Assembly (NCBI GenBank): GCA_023249225.1
Contig: JAHFDA010000008.1
Location: 4,331-68,330 of the forward strand
DNA length: 64,000 bases
Reading direction: 5' to 3'
DNA from: a bacterium
GTDB lineage: Bacteria; Margulisbacteria; Marinamargulisbacteria; JAHFDA01
Numbering within the stretch: position 1 is the stretch's first letter; the number at the start of each line of letters is the position of its first letter. The notes below the pieces were generated by a model that was not told the origin of the DNA, did no database searches, and was given only the letters and a program-made list of their open reading frames with translations. Below, piece by piece: positions 1 through 8,633 of this stretch. The translations under genes were made by a program, and so were the position numbers.

Positions 1-27
1 AAACAGGGCGTCTTTATAGTACCCGCC

Positions 28-1221
28 ATGACGCGCAAGTACGTGTTGCTGATCCTGGACGGCCTGGGCGATTACCCCGTTGATGCTTTAGACGGAAAAA
101 CGCCTGTCGAAGCCGCGCACACCCCATACCTGGATCAGTTGGCCCAGAACGGCCAGACCGGCCTCTGTGTGACAACGCCAGTCGGCATGTATACCGGTTC
201 TGACAACTGTATTATGGGAATTCTAGGGTATGAACAACATAAATATTATACGGGTCGTGGCCCGCTTGAAGCGGCAGCTGTGGGTATTAAACTCCAGTCT
301 GGAGATGTTTGTTTTAGGTGTAATACCTTGACTATTGAAAATGGCGTGATGAAGGATTTTACAGCCGGACATATCCCCACGGAGGAATCTCGACAGATTA
401 TTTTGACTTTAGATGATGAAATTGGGAGTGAGGACATCCGTTTTTTTCCTGGCGTCAGCTACCGCCACTTGCTGGTGCTTAAAAATCGGGGTGCCCAGGT
501 TAAATGTACGCCCCCGCACGATATTACCGGTAAACCTGTGGCAGAATTTTTTCCCTGCCAGCATGACGATGCTGAATATCTGATAAAAATCATGAACCAA
601 GCCAAACCGGTCATTGAATCCCACCAGGTTAACCGGCGCCGTAAAGAAAATGGCAAGCTGCCGGTGACGGATATATGGTTGTGGGGAGCGGGCAGTGCAA
701 TAGTTATGCCCCCTTTTTTAGAAAGATTTGGTCTAAAAGGAGCCATGATTACCGCGGTGGATCTTTTGCGGGGCCTGGCGGTTCTGGTGGGCTTAAAGAA
801 TATCGTTGTTCCAGGAGCCACCGGATACATCGATACCGACTATGCGGCCAAAGGTCGCTATGCCATTGAAGCGCTTAAAGAAAATGATTTTGTGTGCGTG
901 CATATCGAAGCTCCCGATGAATCTGGCCACATGGGTAATCCCCACATCAAAACCAAAAGCATTGAGGAAATTGACGCTAAAATCGTTGGCCCAGTGTTGG
1001 CGCATCTCAAGCAGTCTTATCCAGACTTTAGGGTCTTGGTATTGCCAGATCATTACACGCCCTGCGTGCTTAAAACGCACTCTTCGGAACCGGTGCCCTT
1101 TCTGATTTATGGAACGGGCCTTGGGAGCAATGGATCTATGGGCTTTTCTGAAAAAGGGGTCAACCAGAACCATGTTGTAGCCCATGGCTATGACTTGCTT
1201 CCCATCCTTTTCAAACCTTGA
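28..1221 (+). CDS. Cofactor-independent phosphoglycerate mutase homolog, archaeal ApgM type (subfamily also annotated as proposed alternative homoserine kinase)
   Basis: 397-aa ORF. LLILDGLGD N-terminal metal-site motif, plus HIEAPDESGHMGN and LPDHYTP motifs of ApgM/alkaline-phosphatase-superfamily mutases. Ends 25 nt upstream of aspartate kinase. Confidence 0.85.
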   Translation: MTRKYVLLILDGLGDYPVDALDGKTPVEAAHTPYLDQLAQNGQTGLCVTTPVGMYTGSDNCIMGILGYEQHKYYTGRGPLEAAAVGIKLQSGDVCFRCNTLTIENGVMKDFTAGHIPTEESRQIILTLDDEIGSEDIRFFPGVSYRHLLVLKNRGAQVKCTPPHDITGKPVAEFFPCQHDDAEYLIKIMNQAKPVIESHQVNRRRKENGKLPVTDIWLWGAGSAIVMPPFLERFGLKGAMITAVDLLRGLAVLVGLKNIVVPGATGYIDTDYAAKGRYAIEALKENDFVCVHIEAPDESGHMGNPHIKTKSIEEIDAKIVGPVLAHLKQSYPDFRVLVLPDHYTPCVLKTHSSEPVPFLIYGTGLGSNGSMGFSEKGVNQNHVVAHGYDLLPILFKP

Positions 1222-1245
1222 GCAGGTTACAATAGAGGCATCTCT

Positions 1246-2481
1246 ATGGCTCTTATCGTTCAGAAATATGGCGGTACCAGCGTGGGCACCGTTGAACGCA
1301 TTAAGCATGTGGCCAAGCGTATTGTTGCCTCTAAACGCCAGGGCCATCAGCTGGTTGTGGTGGTTTCGGCCATGGGCAAGAGCACGGATGACTTGATTGC
1401 GCTCGCAAAGCAAATTTGTGATCCTCCGGTTCCGCGCGAGTATGATGCCCTGCTGGCGACCGGAGAAAAAGTGAGCGCTGCGCTTGTGGCCATGGCGATC
1501 CATGCCCAAGGTGAAAAAGCGGTATCGCTGACCGGCGGACAGGCCGGCGTGGTCACAGAAAGCGTGTACTCTAAAGCACGCATTCGCAAGGTCAATCCGG
1601 AACGTATTTTTAAAGAACTTGAAAAAGACCAGATTGTGATCGTGACAGGTTTTCAGGGCGAATCCCCCGAGGGTGACATCATCACCATTGGCCGCGGCGG
1701 GTCAGACACTTCGGCCGTGATTTTGGCTGCTGCCATCAAGGCAGATGTGTGCGAGATCTTTACCGATGTCGACGGCATCTACACCACTGACCCGCGGATA
1801 TGCCCGGCGGCGCGCAAGCTGGATAGCATCGCCTATGAAGAAATGCTCGAACTTGCCAGCCTGGGTGCGGGCGTCATGCACCCGCGTTCGGTTGAAGCCG
1901 GGCTTGAACACGGCATTGTGATCCATGTGCGCTCGAGCATGCACGAAAGCAGTGGAACTTTAATTAAGGAGGCCTCTACCATGGAAAGAGAAAAAGCAGT
2001 CACCGGCGTAGCCTTGGCAGATGAACAGGCCAAGATGGTGATCCGCGACGTGCCCGACAAACCCGGTGTAGCGGCCACCATTTTTTCAGCTTTGGGAGAA
2101 AACAAGATCAACGTGGATATGATCATTCAAGCCACTCAAAAAGACGGCACCAACAGTATTACATTTACCCTTGATCAGGATGACCTTAAGCCAGCCTTAA
2201 GGGTACTTGAAGAAATTGCCAAAATGTATTCTGGCTCAAAGATCGAATATAACGACCAGATTGCAAAGGTCAGCATTGTGGGCGTAGGCATGATCTCACA
2301 GCCGGGCGTGGCCGCTAAAATGTTTAAGACGCTGGCAGACAACGGCATTAACATTGAGCTGATCTCTACCAGCGAAATAAAAATTTCATGCGCGATTGCC
2401 AAGGCACAAGGTGTTAAAGCGGTGAACGCCTTGCACAAGGCCTTTGAGCTTGACACCGTACGTCAGCCCCAGTTGGTTTGA
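1246..2481 (+). CDS. lysC: Aspartate kinase (monofunctional, with C-terminal ACT domains)
   Basis: 411-aa ORF. IVQKYGGTSV, VVVVSAMGKSTD and GRGGSDTSAV motifs. C-terminal tandem ACT-like region (KVSIVGVGM...). Confidence 0.95.
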   Translation: MALIVQKYGGTSVGTVERIKHVAKRIVASKRQGHQLVVVVSAMGKSTDDLIALAKQICDPPVPREYDALLATGEKVSAALVAMAIHAQGEKAVSLTGGQAGVVTESVYSKARIRKVNPERIFKELEKDQIVIVTGFQGESPEGDIITIGRGGSDTSAVILAAAIKADVCEIFTDVDGIYTTDPRICPAARKLDSIAYEEMLELASLGAGVMHPRSVEAGLEHGIVIHVRSSMHESSGTLIKEASTMEREKAVTGVALADEQAKMVIRDVPDKPGVAATIFSALGENKINVDMIIQATQKDGTNSITFTLDQDDLKPALRVLEEIAKMYSGSKIEYNDQIAKVSIVGVGMISQPGVAAKMFKTLADNGINIELISTSEIKISCAIAKAQGVKAVNALHKAFELDTVRQPQLV

Positions 2482-3037
2482 ATTTCTTTTGAACAGCGCC
2501 GAATTCTGGACGGCCTTTATCGTGGCTGCAGGCGCAGGCGGCTTGTCTGTGCCTTGGATGATCGACCAGCTTTTTGATTCTAAACCCACCCGTTTCAGCC
2601 ATACCTTATTTTTTCCAGAAGCAGTCAAACAGTTTGCAGGATATTTATTGGAATTCTTTAAAGGTGCCGCGCTGATTCCAATTCTGAAAAGTGGATTTCA
2701 ACTTACCTGGTGGGGTCTGACATTGGTGTGTGTAGCCGCTTTAATCGCCTGCCTATGGTCGCCCTTGCGTCCAGCCACGCGACCAGGAGCCTTTGTGTGC
2801 GGACTGCTGTTGTTTATGCATCCCAATATTGCGCTGTTGGCGCTGGCCACCGGTCTTGTGACTCTGGCGCTTACTGCCAAACCGCACAGCTCTTTTTTGG
2901 TAGCCGTCTTTATCTACCCTGTGCTGAACTGGAGTTTTATTGTGGATTCTTATTTTCCGGTGCTCGGGCTGGTCATTGCCGGCTTGCTGTACGTCAAATG
3001 GGGAGCACTGGCCCAGCGCGAAAGGCCATGGGGATAG
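2444..3037 (+). CDS. Hypothetical polytopic membrane protein (weak PlsY-like resemblance only)
   Basis: 197-aa hydrophobic ORF with about 5 predicted TM stretches. The ATG at 2444 overlaps the lysC 3' end by 38 nt; an in-frame TTG at 2489 is an alternative start. The PlsY signature GSGNxGATN is absent. Confidence 0.5.
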   Translation: MSLTPYVSPSWFEFLLNSAEFWTAFIVAAGAGGLSVPWMIDQLFDSKPTRFSHTLFFPEAVKQFAGYLLEFFKGAALIPILKSGFQLTWWGLTLVCVAALIACLWSPLRPATRPGAFVCGLLLFMHPNIALLALATGLVTLALTAKPHSSFLVAVFIYPVLNWSFIVDSYFPVLGLVIAGLLYVKWGALAQRERPWG

Positions 3038-3051
3038 ATTCATATAAAACC

Positions 3052-3128
<77 letters not shown>

Positions 3129-3162
3129 ATCCAAGGCTCCCATAGTAAAAAGAAATCAGAAA

Positions 3163-3651
3163 TTAATCAAAGTTGATTTCTAGGCAATCGGTAACTGTCC
3201 GGCTTGTGTTAAAGCGGATGGCCTTTTCCCAACGCGGAATGAGCGCCACATGAAAGGGCTGCGTAAGCGCCTGCGTTGTAAGACAATTTCTTCCGGGGGT
3301 GCTTTCTAAAACAGATACTTCCAGGATGGAATCACTGACTTTGACATCAGAGATTTCGATAATATAACCGCTGCTTGAACGGGTACCTAAGAAATCCGCA
3401 AGCACCATTTTCTGCCCGAAATCTATTTTGGGCAGTTCAGGCATGGGAGATTCCTGGGCATACATGCGCCCCCACAGTTGCTGCCAGTCTACGTTATTGG
3501 TAATCACGCGTTGTTCCGGATTTTCAAGTGCGCAGTAAGTGCCCCACACCACCGTTTCAAGGTCCTTGCCGCTGGGCGGTCCGCCCATGGCATAAGTCCG
3601 CGTTGAGTAAACACACAATCCCAAAACCAGTATCCAAAAAAACTGCCGCAT
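3163..3651 (-). CDS. Secreted protein with PrcB-C-terminal-like domain
   Basis: 162-aa ORF with N-terminal signal peptide ([17 protein letters not shown]). [29 protein letters not shown] ... [10 protein letters not shown] resembles the PrcB_C pattern. Confidence 0.55.
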   Translation of the reverse strand: MRQFFWILVLGLCVYSTRTYAMGGPPSGKDLETVVWGTYCALENPEQRVITNNVDWQQLWGRMYAQESPMPELPKIDFGQKMVLADFLGTRSSSGYIIEISDVKVSDSILEVSVLESTPGRNCLTTQALTQPFHVALIPRWEKAIRFNTSRTVTDCLEINFD

Positions 3652-3652
3652 T

Positions 3653-4342
3653 TTAGACCCCCCGGCGATTACGTCGATTGATTTCCAGTATTAGGCGGGC
3701 GATAAAATACCCCGAAAGAAATCCGCCTACGTGAACCCACCACGCCACGCCCCCCACTGATCCCCCCAACCAAGCAGTGGTGCCTGCATAAAATTGAATG
3801 ATAAACCACAAAAATAAAAATGCAACCGCAGGGATCTCAATAATTTGCACAAAGAAAAAAATCGGCACCAGGGTGACAATACGAGCCTGCGGATAAAAAA
3901 GAAAATACGCGCCCATCACGCCTGCAATGGCCCCGCTGGCGCCCAGGGTGGGCACTGGGCTGGAAGCGTGCAAAAGATAATGTGTGAAAAATGCAAAAAA
4001 TCCGGTGCTTAAAAAAAATAAAAGATACAGGCCGTGTCCCATGCTGTCTTCGACATTGTCACCAAAAATCCATAGGTAAAGCATGTTGCTTAAAAAATGC
4101 AACCAGCCGCCATGCAAAAAAATGGCTGTAAAAAAAGGCAGGTATCGCCCCATCCAGTTAAAGGGGTCTACGGCGGTAAGATACTGATAGCGCGCGGGAA
4201 TCAAGGCAAAAGTCAGTATGAAATTTTGAAAGTCTCTGCTAAAAAAAAACTGATAAAGAAAGACCAGCGTGCAAAGCACCATTAACCCGTAATTCACCAG
4301 CGGAGTATGCCGCGAGGGAATGGTGTCACGCAGGGGAATCAT
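3653..4342 (-). CDS. Rhomboid family intramembrane serine protease
   Basis: 229-aa polytopic ORF. FLHGGWLHFLSNMLYLWIFG (HxxxxHxxxN) and catalytic GASGAIAGVMGAYF motifs, with a downstream His in HVGGFLSG. Confidence 0.9.
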   Translation of the reverse strand: MIPLRDTIPSRHTPLVNYGLMVLCTLVFLYQFFFSRDFQNFILTFALIPARYQYLTAVDPFNWMGRYLPFFTAIFLHGGWLHFLSNMLYLWIFGDNVEDSMGHGLYLLFFLSTGFFAFFTHYLLHASSPVPTLGASGAIAGVMGAYFLFYPQARIVTLVPIFFFVQIIEIPAVAFLFLWFIIQFYAGTTAWLGGSVGGVAWWVHVGGFLSGYFIARLILEINRRNRRGV

Positions 4343-4360
4343 GGATGCTGGTTTAGTATA

Positions 4361-4447
4361 ACTTAACCCGCACTATTCATACTCTACTCGTCGCGGGTTC
4401 CCGTGTGTAATAGTCCGCTTCATATGCGTGAATAGTCCGGGTTAAGT
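4361..4447 (-). repeat. Copy A of an approximately 80-nt dispersed palindromic intergenic element (reverse orientation relative to copies B and C)
   Basis: The reverse complement aligns almost base for base with 10273-10352 and 36439-36517 (core ATTCACGCATATGAAGCGGA...ACACACGGGA.CCCGC...GTATGAATAGTGCGGG). Termini ACTTAACCC/GGGTTAAGT are inverted repeats. Confidence 0.85.
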
Positions 4448-4458
4448 ATGATTGCCCT

Positions 4459-5379
4459 ATGCTGGTGCCTTTAAACCGTCAAGAAATTGAACTTTGGCGC
4501 CGTGCCGGAAGGTTGGCGGCCGAAGCTCTGGCTTTTGGTGCTCCCCTTATTCATGTGGGCACAAGCTACCTTTCGGTGGTCATGGCGATTGAAGATTTTA
4601 TCCGCAGCCGTGGGGGTGAGCTGGCGTTTCCGATTAATATTTCGGTTAACGATACCGCCGCACACGATGCACCGCTGCCAGGAGATCCACGCTGCTTCGG
4701 ATCCGAAGATTTGGTTAAGCTGGACGTTGGGGTGCACATCAACGGTTACATTGGCGACAATGCCGTTACCGTAGATCTTTCGGGCAAACACCAGAAGTTG
4801 TGTCTTGCGTCGCGTGAGGCGCTCAACCGCGCAGTGGCCATGGCTGTGCCCGGCACACGCGTATGTGACCTGGGTGCCGAAATTGAAAGCGTTATCCGCA
4901 GCCATGGTTTTTTGCCGGTTAAAAATCTGGGCGGCCACCAAATGGGGCCTTACAAACTGCATCACGGTATCTTTGTGCCTAATTTTCTTAACAAGGATCG
5001 CCAGTACTTAAAGGAAGGCATGGTACTGGCCATTGAACCTTTTGCCGCCGAAAACTGCGATGCGGTCAAAGATGGCGATGCCTGTTACATTTTTAATTTG
5101 ATCAACAAAGTACCTGCACGGCCCAACGAAGTGGAGCCCACCTTAAGCTCCATCAAACAGCAGCGCGGTTTACCTTTTTCAATCCGTACGATTGAGAAAA
5201 AATTGCCGTTGCCCCTGTTGTCACAACAGCTTGAGTCTCTGGCACAGCAAGAGCTCATTCATTATTACCCGCCGCTGGTGACCAAGACGGGTTGCATGGT
5301 GTCGCAACACGAGCACACGGTGATTGTGGCTAATCCACCGATTGTGATAACGCGTGAAGCGTCCCCCCGTGAAGCGTGA
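4459..5379 (+). CDS. map: Methionine aminopeptidase, type 2 (archaeal/eukaryotic-like)
   Basis: 306-aa ORF. AFPINISVNDTAAHD, KLDVGVHINGYIGD, GGHQMGPYKLHHG, AIEPF and QHEHTV metal-ligand blocks, with the type-2 helical insert. Confidence 0.9.
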   Translation: MLVPLNRQEIELWRRAGRLAAEALAFGAPLIHVGTSYLSVVMAIEDFIRSRGGELAFPINISVNDTAAHDAPLPGDPRCFGSEDLVKLDVGVHINGYIGDNAVTVDLSGKHQKLCLASREALNRAVAMAVPGTRVCDLGAEIESVIRSHGFLPVKNLGGHQMGPYKLHHGIFVPNFLNKDRQYLKEGMVLAIEPFAAENCDAVKDGDACYIFNLINKVPARPNEVEPTLSSIKQQRGLPFSIRTIEKKLPLPLLSQQLESLAQQELIHYYPPLVTKTGCMVSQHEHTVIVANPPIVITREASPREA

Positions 5380-5449
5380 AGCGTCCCCCCGTGAAGCGTG
5401 AAGCGTAATTTGCATTTGCGCTTCACGAACGACGCTTCACGCTTCACGC
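5352..5449. repeat. Array of GTGAAGCG octamers: 5 direct copies followed by 3 inverted copies
   Basis: GTGAAGCG at 5354, 5369, 5376, 5391 and 5398. CGCTTCAC at 5419, 5433 and 5440. A 15-nt perfect inverted repeat pairs 5391-5405 with 5433-5447. The map stop codon (5377-5379) lies inside the array. Confidence 0.8.
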
Positions 5450-5480
5450 ATTCTACTGTCTCGAATAAAACGATTAAGTT

Positions 5481-7259
5481 ATGATTTCCACCATGCGACA
5501 AGATAACAACGCCGTGAAAATTGCCCTTAAAGACCACCCTATTTTCCGCAAGCCCAAGGGGCCTGTGGTGCAAATTATTCTGGACGGCTTTGGCTATGGC
5601 GACCTTGGCTTTGAATATAACGTCGTGACGCCGACCTATGTTCCGGCCTTCTTTAATTTGTTCCATCCGGACAGGCCGCATTGCGCCGTGATTGGCGCAA
5701 GTGCGCGTTACGTGGGGCTCGACAACGACGTGGTGGGCAATTCCGAAGTCGGTCACAACAGCGTTGGCGCGGGTCAGTACAAGGATCAGGGTGGGCGTCT
5801 GGTCAATCAGGGTGTGCAGTCGGGCAGTCTTATGAAAAGCCCGGTGTGGAATGACCACGTGATCGGGCCGATCTTGCAAAGTCAAAGCACTTCCAGCCAG
5901 CGCACGCTGCATCTGCTGGGTCTAATCCAAGATACCACCATCATCCACTCGGACGTACGCCACATGCTGGCGCTCATCGATGATGCGGCCGCCAAAGGCG
6001 TGCGCTCGCTCGCCATCCACGGTCTCACCGACGGGCGTGATGATCCCGATCGGCATGCGGTCGATCTCTTTCGTCAGCTCGAAGAAAAATGCGCGGCCAT
6101 CAACAAGAAACATTCCGGCTATCACTACCGCGTTGCCAGTGGCGGTGGGCGCATGCGTATGACCATGGACCGCTACGAAGATAACTGGAACATGGTCAAG
6201 CTGGGCTGGGATGCCCACGTACTCGGGCGCGTGAATACTTCCACCGGCGGCGTGTATACGCGCAAGGCTTCTGACGCCATCGCGGCCTACTATGTCAACC
6301 CCGACCCCAAGTTTGGCGAAATTGACCAGTACGTTTATCCCTTTGTGGTGGTTGACGAACATGGCCAACCCATTGGAACCATCCAAGATGGCGACTCGGT
6401 GGTGTTCACCAACTTTCGTGGCGACCGGGCGATTGAGATCAGCAAGGCTTTTGAAGATCCCAGCTTTAATGTTTTCGATCGCGAACGCATGCCCAAGGTG
6501 CAATATGCCGGCATGATGCTCTACGACGGCGACAACAATATCCCCCAACAATTTCTGGTTACCGCGCCGGGTTATACCAACACGATGGCCGAAATACTTA
6601 CATCCAACGGCGTGGCTATGTTCGCCATTTCCGAAACCGCCAAGTTTGGCCACGTCACCTACTTTGCCGACGGCAACCGCAGCAACGTCAAGGAGCGTTA
6701 CACCTACAAGCAAATCAAGGGCGACCCGGTAGAAATGTACGTGTCGCATCCGCAAATGAAGGTGGCCGAAATCACCCACCAGGCCATCGATTACATCCGC
6801 TCGGGCCGTTTTCGTTTTGGACGCATCAACCTGGCCAACCCCGACATGATTGGCCACACCGGCAACTGGGAAGCCGTCAAACACGCCATGGCTTCTGTTA
6901 ACCTGCAAATCGAAATGCTGCTCAAGGCTATTCAGGAAGCCGAAGGCATTGCGCTGGTTTTTGCCGATCACGGCAACGCCGACGAAATGGTGCGTCGTAA
7001 AAAAGATGGCTCTATCGAGATGCGTGAAGGCAAACCCGTGCCTAACATGAGCCACACCATGGCACCGGTTCCGCTGCTCGTGGTTGACGCCAGCGGCCAG
7101 CAAATTCCGTTTCGCCTCGACACCACAGACGCCGTGCCCGAAAAATTGCGCGGCGATGTCCCCGGCGCGGGGCTTTTAAATGTTGCGGCCACGACGCTGA
7201 ATCTAATGGGGTATGAGGCGCCGGAGTTTTATTGGCCGTCGTTGTTGCGTTCCCGTTAA
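5481..7259 (+). CDS. gpmI: 2,3-bisphosphoglycerate-independent phosphoglycerate mutase (long form)
   Basis: 592-aa ORF. ILDGFGYG, GNSEVGHNSVGAGQ, HGLTDGRDD, NPDMIGHTG and ADHGNADEM motifs of iPGM. Confidence 0.9.
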   Translation: MISTMRQDNNAVKIALKDHPIFRKPKGPVVQIILDGFGYGDLGFEYNVVTPTYVPAFFNLFHPDRPHCAVIGASARYVGLDNDVVGNSEVGHNSVGAGQYKDQGGRLVNQGVQSGSLMKSPVWNDHVIGPILQSQSTSSQRTLHLLGLIQDTTIIHSDVRHMLALIDDAAAKGVRSLAIHGLTDGRDDPDRHAVDLFRQLEEKCAAINKKHSGYHYRVASGGGRMRMTMDRYEDNWNMVKLGWDAHVLGRVNTSTGGVYTRKASDAIAAYYVNPDPKFGEIDQYVYPFVVVDEHGQPIGTIQDGDSVVFTNFRGDRAIEISKAFEDPSFNVFDRERMPKVQYAGMMLYDGDNNIPQQFLVTAPGYTNTMAEILTSNGVAMFAISETAKFGHVTYFADGNRSNVKERYTYKQIKGDPVEMYVSHPQMKVAEITHQAIDYIRSGRFRFGRINLANPDMIGHTGNWEAVKHAMASVNLQIEMLLKAIQEAEGIALVFADHGNADEMVRRKKDGSIEMREGKPVPNMSHTMAPVPLLVVDASGQQIPFRLDTTDAVPEKLRGDVPGAGLLNVAATTLNLMGYEAPEFYWPSLLRSR

Positions 7260-7360
7260 TACCAATCCTTAGACCAGCAAGAGTATTTATACTGATTTAA
7301 TAATTTATATAAATTTATACTTTACAGTAAATTTATATAAGCATATAATTTAATGGAAAT

Positions 7361-8569
7361 ATGCTTAGCCCCCAGAACCCATTCAGGCCAGGCGCGGGAC
7401 ACCCCCCGCCTTATCTTGCCGGACGAGACACGGAACAAAAAGACTTTGCCACCCTGCTTGAGCAGAAACCCATTCTGCAAAATCTTGTAATTACCGGATT
7501 GCGCGGAATTGGAAAAACCGTCCTGATGGAAAGTCTCAAGCCGCTTGCCGCTCAAAAGCAGTGGGCCTGGGTTGGAACCGATTTGTCCGAGAGCGCGGCG
7601 GTTTCTGAAGAGGCTTTTGCAGAAAGGCTGCTTACAGATCTTTCCGTCTTCAGTGCGTCAATCCGCATTCCCTCCAAAAAGGTTCAGTCTATTGGATTTA
7701 CGGGATCAACATCATCGGGGGAGATCCACCTCAACTACCTAACTTTGCGTGCCATCTTTGACCATACGCCAGGGCTGATATCTGACAAGCTGCGCAGTGT
7801 GTTGGAATTGGTTGGGACACGCGCTCATGCTGCCGGGGCGGCTGGAATAATATTTGCGTATGACGAAGCCCAGACGATGTTCGACAGTCCGGATGAGAAA
7901 CAATATCCCTTGGCCTTATTGCTGGATGTTTTCCAATCGATCCAGCGAAAGGGCATACCGGTCATGCTTTTGCTGACTGGGTTGCCGGCGCTCTTTCCAA
8001 AGCTCGTTCAGGCCCGTACTTTTGCAGAAAGGATGTTTGGTGTCATTGAGCTGCGTCCTTTATCGCTGGAGGAGTCACGTATGGCGATTCGGGAACCATT
8101 CAAGCTGAAAGCTGTACCCAAAGAGTTTTGCTTCAGCAAGGACATTGTCGAACTTATCGCCAAAACATCAGCAGGGTACCCCTACTTCATCCAATTTATA
8201 AGCAAGGCAGTTTTTGATGTTTGCGGAACCCGCCCTGCCCGAGTGAAATGGGTCGTTCCAATCAACGAAATTGTTAAAAAGCTGGATCAGGAATTTTTTG
8301 CCGGACGATGGGCAAGAGTCACTGATCGACAACGCGATTTAATTAAAATTATTGCCCGACTACCGACTGCTAATGATGAATTTACAGTCCAGGAAATTTC
8401 GGAAAAGTCGCTCGCATTAAAAACGGGGGTCCAATTCTTTAAGCCCAGCCAGATTGTGCAAATGCTGGCGGTACTTACAGAAAGGGGCCTGATATACAAG
8501 GATCGTCATGGAAAATACGTCTTTGCAGTCCCTTTGTTTGCCGATTTTGTCAGGCGTTTGCGTGAATGA
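7361..8569 (+). CDS. AAA/STAND-type ATP-binding protein (Arch_ATPase-like) with C-terminal winged-helix-like region
   Basis: 402-aa ORF. FAGRDTE-type N-terminus, Walker A GLRGIGKTVL, Walker B IIFAYDEAQ. The C-terminus (FTVQEISEKS...LTERGLIYKDRHGKYVF) looks wHTH-like. The 100-nt upstream region is very AT-rich. Confidence 0.75.
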   Translation: MLSPQNPFRPGAGHPPPYLAGRDTEQKDFATLLEQKPILQNLVITGLRGIGKTVLMESLKPLAAQKQWAWVGTDLSESAAVSEEAFAERLLTDLSVFSASIRIPSKKVQSIGFTGSTSSGEIHLNYLTLRAIFDHTPGLISDKLRSVLELVGTRAHAAGAAGIIFAYDEAQTMFDSPDEKQYPLALLLDVFQSIQRKGIPVMLLLTGLPALFPKLVQARTFAERMFGVIELRPLSLEESRMAIREPFKLKAVPKEFCFSKDIVELIAKTSAGYPYFIQFISKAVFDVCGTRPARVKWVVPINEIVKKLDQEFFAGRWARVTDRQRDLIKIIARLPTANDEFTVQEISEKSLALKTGVQFFKPSQIVQMLAVLTERGLIYKDRHGKYVFAVPLFADFVRRLRE

Positions 8570-8595
8570 AGCCCAGGGATTCTCGACTGAGGCAC

Positions 8596-8613
8596 TTTTT
8601 CGGCAGTCCCAAG
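8596..8613 (+). repeat. Copy 1 of 18-nt motif TTTTYGGCAGTCCCAAR in a gene 3' flank
   Basis: TTTTTCGGCAGTCCCAAG lies 27 nt after the stop of the 7361-8569 ORF. Near-identical strings occur at 21028-21045 and 58375-58392. Confidence 0.7.
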
Positions 8614-8633
8614 CTATGTATGGGGCAACATTA

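Noticed and set aside
793-1509. 238-aa minus-strand ORF spanning the ApgM-like/lysC junction
   Set aside because: It is antisense to two well-supported genes and crosses their intergenic gap. No motifs and a low-complexity Arg/His-rich composition.
2444-3037. Calling the 197-aa membrane ORF PlsY (glycerol-3-phosphate acyltransferase)
   Set aside because: There is only a vague resemblance in TM pattern and an FKGAA stretch. The diagnostic GSGNxGATN and HxxP-type motifs are missing, so it is left as a hypothetical membrane protein.
5265-5912. 215-aa minus-strand ORF across the map-gpmI junction
   Set aside because: It is antisense to the 3' end of map, the GTGAAGCG repeat array and the 5' end of gpmI. 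There is no independent support.
5922-7103. 393-aa ORF on the minus strand
   Set aside because: It lies entirely antisense to the strongly supported gpmI gene. The translated sequence is His/Arg/Gly/Val-rich with no motifs, which is a typical shadow ORF of a GC-balanced coding region.
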